NCBI GenBank assembly: GCA_945871905.1
Contig: CAMBXL010000008.1
Span: 32,143-96,142 of the forward strand
Length of the DNA stretch: 64,000 nucleotides
Direction: 5' to 3'
From: Chitinophaga pinensis
GTDB lineage: Bacteria > Bacteroidota > Bacteroidia > NS11-12g > UBA955
Shown here: one piece after another, positions 1 to 9,978 of the stretch
How the letters are laid out: each line of letters starts with the position of its first letter
Position numbering within the stretch: the first letter of the stretch is position 1
Program-made: the position numbers and the translations under genes
The notes under the pieces: generated by a model
What the model was told of the DNA's origin: nothing
Seen by the model: only the letters and a program-made list of their open reading frames with translations
The model's database searches: none

Positions 1-930
1 TTACTTTTTGGTGCTGTTGGTGCTATCATCGTCTATTTTATTTCTAAAAGTTTCAACTTTAATGAGTTTCTTGTTAAGGTAAAAAACGCAAACTTAGGAT
101 TTATTATCGCTTCACTACTTGTGGGTGTTTTGGCTGTTTTTGTCAGAGCGCTTAGATGGCAATTGATGCTCAAACCACTTGGTTATAAAACTAAAATTAG
201 CAATGCTTATCACTCCACAATGAGTGGCTATTTGGTGAATTTAGGGATTCCTCGCTCTGGTGAAATATACCGTTGTGCGGTGTTCTCAAAGTCGGACCAA
301 GTGCCTTTGAATACTTTAGTTGGTACCGTATTCAGTGAACGTATTATTGATTTACTCATGTTGGCAATTGTCATTTTTTTGAGTGTAATTGTACAGTTTG
401 ATAAGCTTTATAGTTACATTGATGAGGTTCTTTTATCTAAACTTAATGGCCCCATCTTAATAACGCTAGGTCTTGTTATGCTTGTTGGTATTATTGGACT
501 TTTTGTTTTTATCAAAAAGTTTTCTAAGTCACAAAACAAAATAATCGTATTTATCAATGGATTCATCAACGGAATAAAAAGTGTGTTTACGTTAGAACAA
601 CCCATTTTGTTCTTGTTTTATACAGCTTCTATTTGGGTTTGTTATTTGTTTATGACTTACTTCGCCATTATGGCATTCGATTTTTCGGCCGTATTAGGGA
701 TAGGAGGAGCACTTTCTACGTTAGTGTTCAGTACTTTAGGCGTTATTGTTCCCGCACCAGCCGGAATTGCAACGATTAGCAGTATTCAAATTGGGTTGAC
801 CCAAATATATGGTTTTACAGAAATCAATGCAAGCACGCTTGGTGTAGTAATGTTCTTTAGTAATATTCTTATGATTATTTTATCGGGTTCTATCTCGTTT
901 ATAATTATGGCAATTAAAACAAAGGTTTAA
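1..930 (+). CDS. Lysylphosphatidylglycerol synthase TM / flippase-like (UPF0104) membrane protein, 5'-truncated by window edge
   Basis: Frame is open from base 1 (LLFGAVGAIIVY...). RALRW and GIPRSGEIYR...GTVFSERIID motifs, multiple TM segments, VIVPAPAG near the C-terminus. Confidence 0.85.
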   Translation, partial: LLFGAVGAIIVYFISKSFNFNEFLVKVKNANLGFIIASLLVGVLAVFVRALRWQLMLKPLGYKTKISNAYHSTMSGYLVNLGIPRSGEIYRCAVFSKSDQVPLNTLVGTVFSERIIDLLMLAIVIFLSVIVQFDKLYSYIDEVLLSKLNGPILITLGLVMLVGIIGLFVFIKKFSKSQNKIIVFINGFINGIKSVFTLEQPILFLFYTASIWVCYLFMTYFAIMAFDFSAVLGIGGALSTLVFSTLGVIVPAPAGIATISSIQIGLTQIYGFTEINASTLGVVMFFSNILMIILSGSISFIIMAIKTKV

Positions 931-937
931 TTTTTTT

Positions 938-1432
938 ATGAGTCACCACCAATTAATACAGTCTAAAATTCATACATTGGAAACGCTATTGCCAATAGTT
1001 GAATCATTAAAGAAACAAAATAAGTCGATTGTATTTACCAACGGTTGTTTCGATATTTTGCACAAAGGACATGTTGATTATTTGGCAAAAGCAGCCGACA
1101 AAGGGGATTGTCTAATTGTTGGGATAAATACCGATTTTTCTGTTAAACGCTTAGGGAAATCGACTTCTCGGCCAATACAAGACGAAGAAGCTAGGGCGTA
1201 TTTAATTGCCGCTTTGGAAAGTGTGTCTTATGTAGTTTTATTCAATGAAGAAACTCCTGTTAATTTGATTAGTTCTATTCTCCCTCACGTTTTAGTTAAA
1301 GGGGCCGATTACAAACCTGAGGCTATTGTAGGCTATAAGGAAGTTGTTGAGAATGGCGGTCGAGTAGAAACCATTGCCTTTATTGATGGATATTCCACAA
1401 CAGCAATTGAAAATAAAATCAAAAACGCTTAG
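938..1432 (+). CDS. rfaE2: D-glycero-beta-D-manno-heptose 1-phosphate adenylyltransferase (stand-alone HldE C-terminal domain)
   Basis: VFTNGCFDILHKGH (HxGH), GINTD, RPI..E.AR, LVKGADY and GYSTT motifs. Confidence 0.9.
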   Translation: MSHHQLIQSKIHTLETLLPIVESLKKQNKSIVFTNGCFDILHKGHVDYLAKAADKGDCLIVGINTDFSVKRLGKSTSRPIQDEEARAYLIAALESVSYVVLFNEETPVNLISSILPHVLVKGADYKPEAIVGYKEVVENGGRVETIAFIDGYSTTAIENKIKNA

Positions 1433-2046
1433 TCTTCTTGATTGATTCCAATGGTTATACCTGCCTGAATGACCGATTTTGCAGGGCCCATTTCTAAATA
1501 AAAACTGCTTTGTTTGTATATTTTTTGTCTCCATCCAATGGTGGATTCCAATCCTAATCGATAGATATTGGGTAGTGTGATACTCACTGTATTACTTGGA
1601 AAATCTGATTCTGTGGTAAAACGACCAATCCTGTATCCCACACCAAATCCAACATAAAAGGCTGTTTTTGGATGTTTAATTGGGTCTAATAAATGGTAGT
1701 TGACTCTAGCGTTAATGGCTAAATTATTACTTTTAATAGTAGTCTTGTTGTTGGCAATAGTACCTAGGGTGGTGTCGAAAATGATTTCATTGTACGAGAC
1801 TTGATAAGCCATGTAGTTAATACTAGCCCCTAATCCAAAACGTGAATTAATCTTGTTTTCATATTTTAGGTGGTATGGTCCCGTCCCCGTAGATGAAAAT
1901 GAAGTTTTGTAATTGAACTGATTGAAATAAAATCTTGGGATATTAGGGGAACCAATGCCCACACTAATATTGTGTTTGCTGTGTTGTGCCCAAATTGAAT
2001 TGGAACACAATATCAAAAGCAAAAATGCAAAAAGATTACCTTTCAA
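1429..2046 (-). CDS. Hypothetical outer-membrane beta-barrel protein
   Basis: Likely TTG start at 2046, overlapping the pyrC stop. Signal peptide ending in WAQ, alternating aromatic beta-strands (FYVGFGVGY, FYLEMG). Confidence 0.6.
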   Translation of the reverse strand: MKGNLFAFLLLILCSNSIWAQHSKHNISVGIGSPNIPRFYFNQFNYKTSFSSTGTGPYHLKYENKINSRFGLGASINYMAYQVSYNEIIFDTTLGTIANNKTTIKSNNLAINARVNYHLLDPIKHPKTAFYVGFGVGYRIGRFTTESDFPSNTVSITLPNIYRLGLESTIGWRQKIYKQSSFYLEMGPAKSVIQAGITIGINQED

Positions 2047-3367
2047 ATTCAACTCTTTGTCCATTAGGGTTTGAATGTAGTATGCCATTTTCATAAACAG
2101 GAACACCATTAATTACAGTGGTATGAATTCGGTAGTTAAAAGTATGATTCTCAAACGGACTCCATCCACATTTGTAAAGCAATTCTTCTTTTTTTACCAA
2201 TTGTGGTTTGGGTTGAACCAAAACTAAATCAGCAAAATAACCTTCTCTGATATAACCTCTTTCTTTCACATTGAAAAGTATGGCTGGATTGTGGCACATT
2301 TTCTCAACAATCATTTCTTTGCTGATTTTATTCTGATGATAAAAATCAAACATGGCTTGAATGCTGTGTTGAACCAAAGGACCACCCGAAGGAGCTTGAG
2401 CGTATGCTTGGTTTTTCTCGTCAAACGTATGAGGAGCATGGTCAGTTGCTATAACATCAATTCTGCCATCTAGTAACGCTTCCCAAATTTTTGAACGGTC
2501 ATTAGCTGTTTTTACAGCAGGATTCCATTTGATGAAATTGCCTTTTTCCTTATAATCTTCATCCGAAAACCACAAGTGGTGAATACAAGCTTCTGAGGTT
2601 ATTTTTTTGTCCTTTAATGGGATTTTATTGGTAAATAATGTCGTTTCAATGCCTGTAGAGATATGTAAAATATGAAGACGGGTGCCGTTCTTTTTAGCTA
2701 ATTCTATCGCCATGCTACTGCTTAGGTAACAAGCTTGTTCAGAACGAATAAGCGGGTGGTGATGGATGTTTAATTGTTGATTACTTTCTGCCAAATAATG
2801 TGCTAAATTGTTTTTAATGGTTTGTTCATCCTCACAATGGGTTGCAATAATAGTGGGGGCATTGGCAAATACTTTTTCTAATACAATTGCATCATCAACC
2901 AACATGTTGCCCGTGCTACTGCCCATAAATATTTTGATGCCACAAACTGTTTTAGGGTCGGTGCGCATTACCTCGTCATAATTGTCATTGGTAGTGCCCA
3001 TAAAAAAAGAATAATTGGCAAAAGCATTTCTTTGAGCTATGGCATATTTATCTGCCAATAATGCTTGTGTAACGGCTTGCGGAGATGTATTGGGCATTTC
3101 GAAAAAGGTAGTCACTCCACCTACGGCTGCCGCTCGACTTTCTGTCATAATATCCCCTTTGTGGGTTAATCCAGGTTCTCTAAAATGGACTTGGTCATCT
3201 ATGGCACCCGGCATTAAAAACAAGCCTTCTGCATTAATCTCCTTGGCATGTGGGTCATTGATGGTTGAAGCTATTTTTTCAATCCTGTCGTTTTGTATTA
3301 ATACGTCTAAAACTTCCGTTTTCCCTTCATTGATAACATGGGCTTGCTTGATGATAAATTTTGACAT
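2036..3367 (-). CDS. pyrC: Dihydroorotase (amidohydrolase superfamily)
   Basis: PGAIDDQVHFREPGLTHK, EMPNT, KWNPAVK, IATDHAPH motifs. Start taken at MSKF (ORF track starts at 3385). Confidence 0.9.
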   Translation of the reverse strand: MSKFIIKQAHVINEGKTEVLDVLIQNDRIEKIASTINDPHAKEINAEGLFLMPGAIDDQVHFREPGLTHKGDIMTESRAAAVGGVTTFFEMPNTSPQAVTQALLADKYAIAQRNAFANYSFFMGTTNDNYDEVMRTDPKTVCGIKIFMGSSTGNMLVDDAIVLEKVFANAPTIIATHCEDEQTIKNNLAHYLAESNQQLNIHHHPLIRSEQACYLSSSMAIELAKKNGTRLHILHISTGIETTLFTNKIPLKDKKITSEACIHHLWFSDEDYKEKGNFIKWNPAVKTANDRSKIWEALLDGRIDVIATDHAPHTFDEKNQAYAQAPSGGPLVQHSIQAMFDFYHQNKISKEMIVEKMCHNPAILFNVKERGYIREGYFADLVLVQPKPQLVKKEELLYKCGWSPFENHTFNYRIHTTVINGVPVYENGILHSNPNGQRVEFER

Positions 3368-3423
3368 TGATGCAAAATTAAACAAATTAATAATAATAAA
3401 ATTAACTTAATTTTGAAAAATAA

Positions 3424-5727
3424 ATGAGACGAAAAGTCAATCATATATTGAATAAAACAGGCCATTTTCTGTATGGACTAGTTTTGATTTTTGTGTTGCT
3501 CAATTGGCTTGTTCCGTTTCGTTTTTCTGTCGATTATTCTAAAAGTGTCTATGCCAAGGATGGTGAATTATTAGGGGTTTACCTAAACAAGACTGACAAG
3601 TGGCGATTGCATTCTTCCATCAATGACGTTTCTCCTTTGTTTTTAAAATCAATACTTTTAAAAGAGGATAAATGGTTTCATTACCATTGTGGTTTTAATC
3701 CTGTTTCAATCATTAAAGCGGCTTTTAATAATACAGTTTCTGGACAAAGAAAAGGAGGTGCATCCACTGTTACCATGCAAGTGGTTCGACTTATAAAACC
3801 GCAAAAAAGAACCTATGTCAATAAATTGATTGAGCTTTTTAGAGCAGTCCAATTGGAATACCAATTTTCTAAAAATGAGATATTGGAAATGTATATTAAT
3901 TTATTACCCTACGGTGGAAATATAGAAGGGGTAGGGAGTGCCACTTATATTTATTTTGGCAAGTCGCCTCAAGATTTAAGTTTGTCGGAGTGTGTTACGT
4001 TGTCTATTATTCCCAATAAACCAAGCAGTTTGAATATCAAAAAAAATCAAGCAGCCATTCAAGTAGCCAAAAATAAATGGATAAGAAAATTATCGCCTTT
4101 TTTAAATTTATCTAAATCAATTATTGATGATGCGTTGATGGAGCCTATGTCAATAAAATATTATCTAATGCCCAAAACTGCCCCTCAGTTTTGCAACCGA
4201 TTACTAGCCTCTAATGCAGAATTAAATAAGTATTATTCTACCATTTCATACCCATACCAAGTTCAAGTTCAACTTTTGTTAAATCAATACGTAGAAAAGT
4301 TGAAGGAGAAAAACATTAACAATGGTAGTTTAATGGTGATTGAAAATAAAACAGGCAACGTTTTGGTGTATTGTGGGAGTAATGATTTTAACGATGCGGA
4401 ACACTTTGGTCAGGTGGATGGAGTAAAGGCACTTCGTTCTCCCGGGAGTACATTGAAACCTTTTTTGTATGGTTTGTCTTTTGAAATGGGTTTGTACACG
4501 CCTGAAACTGTATTGCTTGATATTCCAGTGAATTTTGCAGCATACACTCCCGTTAATTATGATGAAACTTATAACGGTAAAATTAAGCTTAAGGAGGCTT
4601 TGGTTCAATCTTTGAATATTCCTGCGGTCAATTTGTTGAATACTATAGGGGTAAAAACGTTTAAGGGATTTTTGAAAACGAGCGGATTTTCAAATCTTCA
4701 GTCACAAGAATTGGGATTAAGTTTGGCATTGGGTGGTTGTGGTGTCACTTTGGAGGAACTTACTATGGCTTATTCTATGTTTGCAAACGAAGGTGTTTTG
4801 AAAAGGAAACAATTTCTAAAAGCAATGAACAAGACTCCTGTAAATCCTGTGTTAAGTCCTGCCGCCTCTTATTTGGTTAGTTCAATATTACAAACCGTGC
4901 AAAGGCCTGATTTGCCCTCTCAGTTGTTTAACTCTACATTCAGAATACCTAAGGTTGCATGGAAAACAGGAACTAGTTTTGGAAGGAAAGATGCATGGGC
5001 TATAGGTTATAATAAACAATATACTGTTGGTGTGTGGATTGGTAATTTTGATGGCGAAGGGGTTGCTTCTTTAAGTGGAGGTGAAATTGCAACACCCTTA
5101 CTGTTCGAAGTTTTTAATACTATTGATTACAATTCAAAAAAACAATGGTTTAGTGAACCTAAAGGTATTAGTTATCGAGCGGTATGCAGTCAAACAGGTT
5201 ATATTCCTTCTTCGGATTGTATTCAAACAATCAATGAACCTTATATCGAAAAACAAACAATCCAAAAAATATGTCAGCACAGTGTGCGCTTGAAAGTCAA
5301 TAAGGATAGTTCCCTCTATTTCTGTAACAGTTGTATCGAGGACAATCAATACATTGAAAAAATATATCCAAATTTGCCTGCAGAATTAATCAATTATTAC
5401 GAACAAGAAAAAATCGTTTATAAAAAATGGCCTCAGCACAATCCAAGTTGTCAAAGAGTAGAAACTGAAGGGGAATTGAAAATAGTGTCGCCGACCCATC
5501 AGTCGGAGTATTTGGTGGAAGAAAATTCGGACAGTAAATTAATGTTAAACGCCTCTGTTGACCATCAAGCAAAAACAGTTTATTGGTATATCAATGACAA
5601 GTTGATAAGTCAATCAAATCCTAATCAAGCCGTATTTGTGAAAATGCCACTTGGGAAGATGAAAATAACTTGTAGCGATGATTTGGGTCGTAAACAAGTG
5701 GTTTATATTACCGTTAAAAACTTTTAA
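3424..5727 (+). CDS. pbpC: Penicillin-binding protein 1C (transglycosylase + transpeptidase + C-terminal domain)
   Basis: EDKWF, GGASTVTMQVVRL, YGGNIEG transglycosylase motifs; SPGSTLKP (SxxK), SLN, KTGTS transpeptidase motifs; PBP1C-type C-terminus. Confidence 0.9.
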   Translation: MRRKVNHILNKTGHFLYGLVLIFVLLNWLVPFRFSVDYSKSVYAKDGELLGVYLNKTDKWRLHSSINDVSPLFLKSILLKEDKWFHYHCGFNPVSIIKAAFNNTVSGQRKGGASTVTMQVVRLIKPQKRTYVNKLIELFRAVQLEYQFSKNEILEMYINLLPYGGNIEGVGSATYIYFGKSPQDLSLSECVTLSIIPNKPSSLNIKKNQAAIQVAKNKWIRKLSPFLNLSKSIIDDALMEPMSIKYYLMPKTAPQFCNRLLASNAELNKYYSTISYPYQVQVQLLLNQYVEKLKEKNINNGSLMVIENKTGNVLVYCGSNDFNDAEHFGQVDGVKALRSPGSTLKPFLYGLSFEMGLYTPETVLLDIPVNFAAYTPVNYDETYNGKIKLKEALVQSLNIPAVNLLNTIGVKTFKGFLKTSGFSNLQSQELGLSLALGGCGVTLEELTMAYSMFANEGVLKRKQFLKAMNKTPVNPVLSPAASYLVSSILQTVQRPDLPSQLFNSTFRIPKVAWKTGTSFGRKDAWAIGYNKQYTVGVWIGNFDGEGVASLSGGEIATPLLFEVFNTIDYNSKKQWFSEPKGISYRAVCSQTGYIPSSDCIQTINEPYIEKQTIQKICQHSVRLKVNKDSSLYFCNSCIEDNQYIEKIYPNLPAELINYYEQEKIVYKKWPQHNPSCQRVETEGELKIVSPTHQSEYLVEENSDSKLMLNASVDHQAKTVYWYINDKLISQSNPNQAVFVKMPLGKMKITCSDDLGRKQVVYITVKNF

Positions 5728-6538
5728 TAATCAAAATAGGTAAATTGGCAAAGGGTATAACCTTATTGGAAATGCCTAAATTATAAATGCGTTCATACAG
5801 ACTTAGTTCATGTGTAAAAAAGATAATCATATCACAATCATTTTCTTGTAGATACGAGATAATTCCGGTGGGGATGTCATCGTTTTTTAAGAGATGATAA
5901 TGGATTTTAGGGTATAATTGTTTGTCTACGAATTTTTTGAAAGCAAGTTCTATTTCATTGGTCTTTTCAAGTTTTTGTTTGCTTACATGAACTATTTCAA
6001 TGTAGGCGTTGAAAAGTAAAGCGAAAGGAATGGCGGTGTTTAATTGATATTCAATTTCACTTAGATTGGCAGGCAACGCTATCTTTTTTATTGGATTAAA
6101 CAGCGTGTTACCGGGGATAGCAATTACAGGCACTGAAGATCGGTTAATCACAGAAAGAGTAATACTGCCCATGATGATGGATTCAATGCCGCTTCTGCCG
6201 TGGGTTGCAAGAACAACCATGTCACACTCAGATTTGTGAGCAAACTGACATATTTCAACGTCTACTTTGGGAGCATGTGAAATATGGTATTGAATGTTTT
6301 TTAAATTCGGGAATTCCTTTTGTAAATCAGTAACCATTAGGTTTAGTTCATTTACGCCGTCATTTTCCAACAAATCATCTAGTTTTTTTGAGTTAAAAAC
6401 CCCCGATTTAAGCATCATCGGTTGGTGAATGACATACAATAACTCTAAGTCCATCAATAAGTAATTGGCGAGGGCAGCGGCATATTTTAAGCCATTGATA
6501 GAGATTGGACATAAATCTGTAGGTGCAAGAATTTTCAC
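5714..6538 (-). CDS. Universal stress protein (tandem Usp domains)
   Basis: ILAPTD start, DMVVLATHGRSG...MGS..SVI...VPVIAIP, second degenerate Usp domain. Confidence 0.85.
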   Translation of the reverse strand: MKILAPTDLCPISINGLKYAAALANYLLMDLELLYVIHQPMMLKSGVFNSKKLDDLLENDGVNELNLMVTDLQKEFPNLKNIQYHISHAPKVDVEICQFAHKSECDMVVLATHGRSGIESIIMGSITLSVINRSSVPVIAIPGNTLFNPIKKIALPANLSEIEYQLNTAIPFALLFNAYIEIVHVSKQKLEKTNEIELAFKKFVDKQLYPKIHYHLLKNDDIPTGIISYLQENDCDMIIFFTHELSLYERIYNLGISNKVIPFANLPILIIKSF

Positions 6539-6615
6539 ATAAAAAAATAAGTTTACGAAAATAGAGTCAGCTGTAAATAAAGAAAATGACCTACATCAGT
6601 ATTTTGTTATTTTTT

Positions 6616-6954
6616 TTATAGAATAGTTAATTCTTTGGACGGGTCCCAAAAAACCTCTTTGAAGTTCGTGATTTGGTTTTCTTCGATTTTTATCCCTTCT
6701 TGTGTGAGTAAATCTGCCATTTTATTTCCGCCAAAATGACTTTTTCCTGTCAGTAATCCGTTACGGTTTACCACTCGGTGCGCTGGTATTGAATAGGATA
6801 GATGATGCGAAGCGTTCATGGCCCATCCAACCATTCTGCTCGATTGTTTACTGCCCAAATAAGCCGCAATTGCTCCGTAGGATGTTACTCTTCCCTCAGG
6901 AATTAATTCCACAACTTGATATACAATTTCAAAAAATAAATTATTTTTATTCAT
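6616..6954 (-). CDS. MGMT family / alkyltransferase-like DNA-binding protein (YbaZ type)
   Basis: IPEGRVTSYGAIA, SRMVGWAM, IPAHRVVN. The catalytic Cys of PCHR is replaced by Ala, so ATL-type. Confidence 0.85.
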   Translation of the reverse strand: MNKNNLFFEIVYQVVELIPEGRVTSYGAIAAYLGSKQSSRMVGWAMNASHHLSYSIPAHRVVNRNGLLTGKSHFGGNKMADLLTQEGIKIEENQITNFKEVFWDPSKELTIL

Positions 6955-6971
6955 AGAGAAAACCATTTTGG

Positions 6972-6994
6972 CAAAATTATTGTCTGTATATTTG
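6972..6994. promoter_or_regulatory. Back-to-back Bacteroidota -7 promoter elements
   Basis: TAATTTTG on minus (6972-6979) and TATATTTG on plus (6987-6994), between divergent genes. Confidence 0.6.
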
Positions 6995-7019
6995 CTAAAA
7001 AACCTTACAATATTAATTA

Positions 7020-8639
7020 ATGAAAAGAATATTTCTATTTAAATCGTTTGTTTTCGCCCTTTTAACCCTTTTATCTACGGATATTTTATGGGCACAAAAG
7101 TCAGGAAAAAAAGAAACAACAGCACCAGCAACCCAAGTTTCTAACCCAACTGTAACTTCTCCAACTAGCTCAACTTCCGATTTTGATTACAAAAATCCGG
7201 GTAGGGCCAAAGGGAATTATTCTATTAAAGTTAAAATTAAAGGATTGCAAAATGTGCCACTGTACCTTGCCGATAACTTTGGTGACAAAAATTACATGAG
7301 AGATACCTGTATTTTAGATGAAAATGGGGTAGGTGTCTTTACAGGAAATCCTAAACTACAAAGAGGTTTGTACCTTATTGTATTTCCAAGTATGGCATCT
7401 TACTATGAGTTACCTATTACAGATGATCAAGATTTTTATTTCGAAGCAGACACTTCCATGGATGAGTCCAAAGTTAAAGTAACAGGTTCTGAGGAAAATG
7501 AGGCTTTTGCCCAATTTCAAGGAAAAATGTACAGCTATGGCAGAGAAAGATACAAGCTTGACCAAGAACTTAAAAAAGCAAAAGAGTTGAACAATACCGC
7601 ATTATCAACTTTTGTAAAAGCTCAAATGGATTCAATGGACAAGTTGAACTTTAAAGTTAGAGAAAATTATATTGCCCAATATCCAAACCATTTGTTAACC
7701 AAAATTTTTAAAGCATTCCAACCCATTAAGTTTCCTGAAAATGTAAAGTTGGATTCTATGCAGGAGTATTATTTTTACAAAACCCACTTTTGGGACAATA
7801 TAGATTTTACAGAAGATGGATTAATTCGTGCACCTAAAGGTTTATTGGTGAATAAATTGAATGATTTTATTGACAGAGTAGTGTTCCAAGATCCTGACAG
7901 TTTGGTTTCTGCAGTGGATCAAGTATTAGGAAAAACAATCATCCATACAGAGATTCAAAAGTATTTTGTTCAATACCTAACCACGAAGTTTCAAGACAGA
8001 AAAATAATGTGTCAAGACAATGTAACGGTACACATGATTAATACCATTTATTGTCAAGGGAAAGCGTGGTGGTATGACGACACTGCTAACTTAAGAAAAA
8101 TGTGTGAAGAAGCCAAAAATGCAACGCCAACCATGTGTGGTAAAATAGCGCCCAACCTTAAAATGCAAGACACCAGTGGCCGTTTTCATATCCTGTATGA
8201 AAAATTAGGTAAGGTTACAATCCTGTTTTTTTACGACCCTACTTGCGGACATTGTAAAGAGGTTATACCTATGGTGAGCAAGGTTCACAAAAAATTGAAA
8301 AACAAAGGGGTTGTTGTTTATGCGATTTCTACAGAAGGAAAATATGCTGAATGGAAAAAAATGATGCAAGTTAATCCGGATGTGAGTCAATGGATTAATG
8401 TATGCAAAACAGATCGAAATTATCCGTGGCCTATTTACCGTCAAGACTATAACATTACCGCCAATCCAACTTTGTTTGTGTTAGATGAAAATGCTAAAAT
8501 TATAGGCAAGAAAATAGATGAACATCAATTGGAGTTTTTTGTAGAGTCTATTCTATACGAAAAAGGATTGATAGATTACAAACCGACGCTTCCAAAAGAG
8601 AAGCCAGCCAAACCAAGCACAACCGAAGCGAACCAATAG
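7020..8639 (+). CDS. Exported thioredoxin-fold (TlpA/redoxin) protein with DUF4369/DUF5106-like N-terminal domains
   Basis: Signal peptide, YKTHFWDNIDF..GLIR segment, FFYDPTCGHC (CxxC), PTLFVLD. Confidence 0.75.
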   Translation: MKRIFLFKSFVFALLTLLSTDILWAQKSGKKETTAPATQVSNPTVTSPTSSTSDFDYKNPGRAKGNYSIKVKIKGLQNVPLYLADNFGDKNYMRDTCILDENGVGVFTGNPKLQRGLYLIVFPSMASYYELPITDDQDFYFEADTSMDESKVKVTGSEENEAFAQFQGKMYSYGRERYKLDQELKKAKELNNTALSTFVKAQMDSMDKLNFKVRENYIAQYPNHLLTKIFKAFQPIKFPENVKLDSMQEYYFYKTHFWDNIDFTEDGLIRAPKGLLVNKLNDFIDRVVFQDPDSLVSAVDQVLGKTIIHTEIQKYFVQYLTTKFQDRKIMCQDNVTVHMINTIYCQGKAWWYDDTANLRKMCEEAKNATPTMCGKIAPNLKMQDTSGRFHILYEKLGKVTILFFYDPTCGHCKEVIPMVSKVHKKLKNKGVVVYAISTEGKYAEWKKMMQVNPDVSQWINVCKTDRNYPWPIYRQDYNITANPTLFVLDENAKIIGKKIDEHQLEFFVESILYEKGLIDYKPTLPKEKPAKPSTTEANQ

Positions 8640-8654
8640 TTATTTATTTTGATT

Positions 8655-8685
8655 CAAGAAAGCCAGCATTTAGCTGGCTTTCTTG
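8655..8685. terminator. Bidirectional intrinsic terminator
   Basis: CAAGAAAGCCAGC-ATTTA-GCTGGCTTTCTTG between convergent genes. Confidence 0.8.
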
Positions 8686-8688
8686 TTT

Positions 8689-9366
8689 TTAGATACCCAA
8701 AGCTTTTTTGCCTCGGTTGTATATTTCACCAAATCTAAGGCTAAATCCATAGGTGTAAAAGGGTCCTGAATATTGAGGGGCAAATGTGGAAATACGGGTG
8801 CCTGCACCAGCGCCAAACCACAACCACCATTTTATTTTGTAGCTGGCATAAAAACCAACTTCAATAGGCATTGTAAATTCTCGTTTAAATTGTAAGGTTT
8901 TTTTGGAGTTGTATAACTGATCCCAACCTGTCCCTAATCCAATGGCAACGGGAAAGGTTAAGCGCCAACGTTTTGAGTTGTAAAAGTAATATTCGCCCCC
9001 AATATTAAAATAAGCAGTACCATAGGTCGAATTTATCGTGTTGGAATCGGTTTTTCCGAATTCAGCAGTTGGGTTGTCGTAAACCCTACTTTTATCTCCC
9101 AATGTGGAGTAATAGCCTAAAAATAAGTTGGTTCGGTTGTTGAAAGAGTAACCGGCTTGTAACCCAAACATTTTTAAGTTTAATCCTTGTATAATGCTGT
9201 TTTTGCCATCCAAACAAATGTAAAACTCCTTTTTATAAGTTAAATCCTTACGAATACTATCCACTATTCCCAACTTAAAATTCACTTTGTTTTGTGATTT
9301 TAAGGGGTTATTCGCCATAACAAGAACAGCAGTAAGTATAAGAATGCGTTTCAAAATAAGTAACAA
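8689..9366 (-). CDS. Hypothetical exported, probable beta-barrel protein
   Basis: TTG start, N-terminal hydrophobic leader, aromatic/glycine-rich beta-strand pattern. Confidence 0.55.
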   Translation of the reverse strand: MLLILKRILILTAVLVMANNPLKSQNKVNFKLGIVDSIRKDLTYKKEFYICLDGKNSIIQGLNLKMFGLQAGYSFNNRTNLFLGYYSTLGDKSRVYDNPTAEFGKTDSNTINSTYGTAYFNIGGEYYFYNSKRWRLTFPVAIGLGTGWDQLYNSKKTLQFKREFTMPIEVGFYASYKIKWWLWFGAGAGTRISTFAPQYSGPFYTYGFSLRFGEIYNRGKKALGI

Positions 9367-9411
9367 AGAAACACTTTAAATTACAAAAAAATGATTGCAT
9401 CTTTGTAACAA

Positions 9412-9978
9412 GTGTTGATAGTTGTAGAGATAGTGTCTTTTTTATTAACTTTCGTGTATTTGTATTATGCTGAAAAGTTAAACCCCTACGCTTGGCTGTT
9501 TGGTGTTTTGGCTTCTTGTTGTAGTGTCTATTTTTTTTACCAAATCGGTCTTTGGGCCAGCCTTTGGCTCAATACCATCTATTTGGTTCAGGGGGTCAAT
9601 GGTTTTGTAAAATGGAAGTTTTTTTTGAAACAAACCAATCCTTTGAATAAAGTGACTATAAAAGGACATCTTTTTATTGTACTTGGGATAGTGGTATTGA
9701 GCGTTTTGTTGTATCAGGTTTTATTGCCTTTCCCATCAATTAAAATGAATTATTTTGATTTGCTTTTGGCATTAGGTTCCATTACTGCTACCTATTTAGA
9801 AATTCAAAAGGAGGGGTCTTGTTGGAAATATTGGATTGTATTTAATCTGGCTTATGCCGTTTTATACTTGTCTCAATCGTTGTACATCTATGCTCTTTTA
9901 ATGCTGCTGCTGTCCATGTATTCATTTAGAATCAATCAAATATGGATGCACAAATTAAGGTTAAATAAATTGTCCTAA
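9412..9978 (+). CDS. pnuC: PnuC-family nicotinamide riboside/vitamin transporter
   Basis: NPYAWLFG, YLVQGVNGFVKW, SITATYL, CWKYWIVFN pattern. Confidence 0.75.
   Translation: MLIVVEIVSFLLTFVYLYYAEKLNPYAWLFGVLASCCSVYFFYQIGLWASLWLNTIYLVQGVNGFVKWKFFLKQTNPLNKVTIKGHLFIVLGIVVLSVLLYQVLLPFPSIKMNYFDLLLALGSITATYLEIQKEGSCWKYWIVFNLAYAVLYLSQSLYIYALLMLLLSMYSFRINQIWMHKLRLNKLS

Noticed and set aside
9367-9411. TPP or other riboswitch upstream of pnuC
   Set aside because: The gap is only 45 nt and has no aptamer motifs
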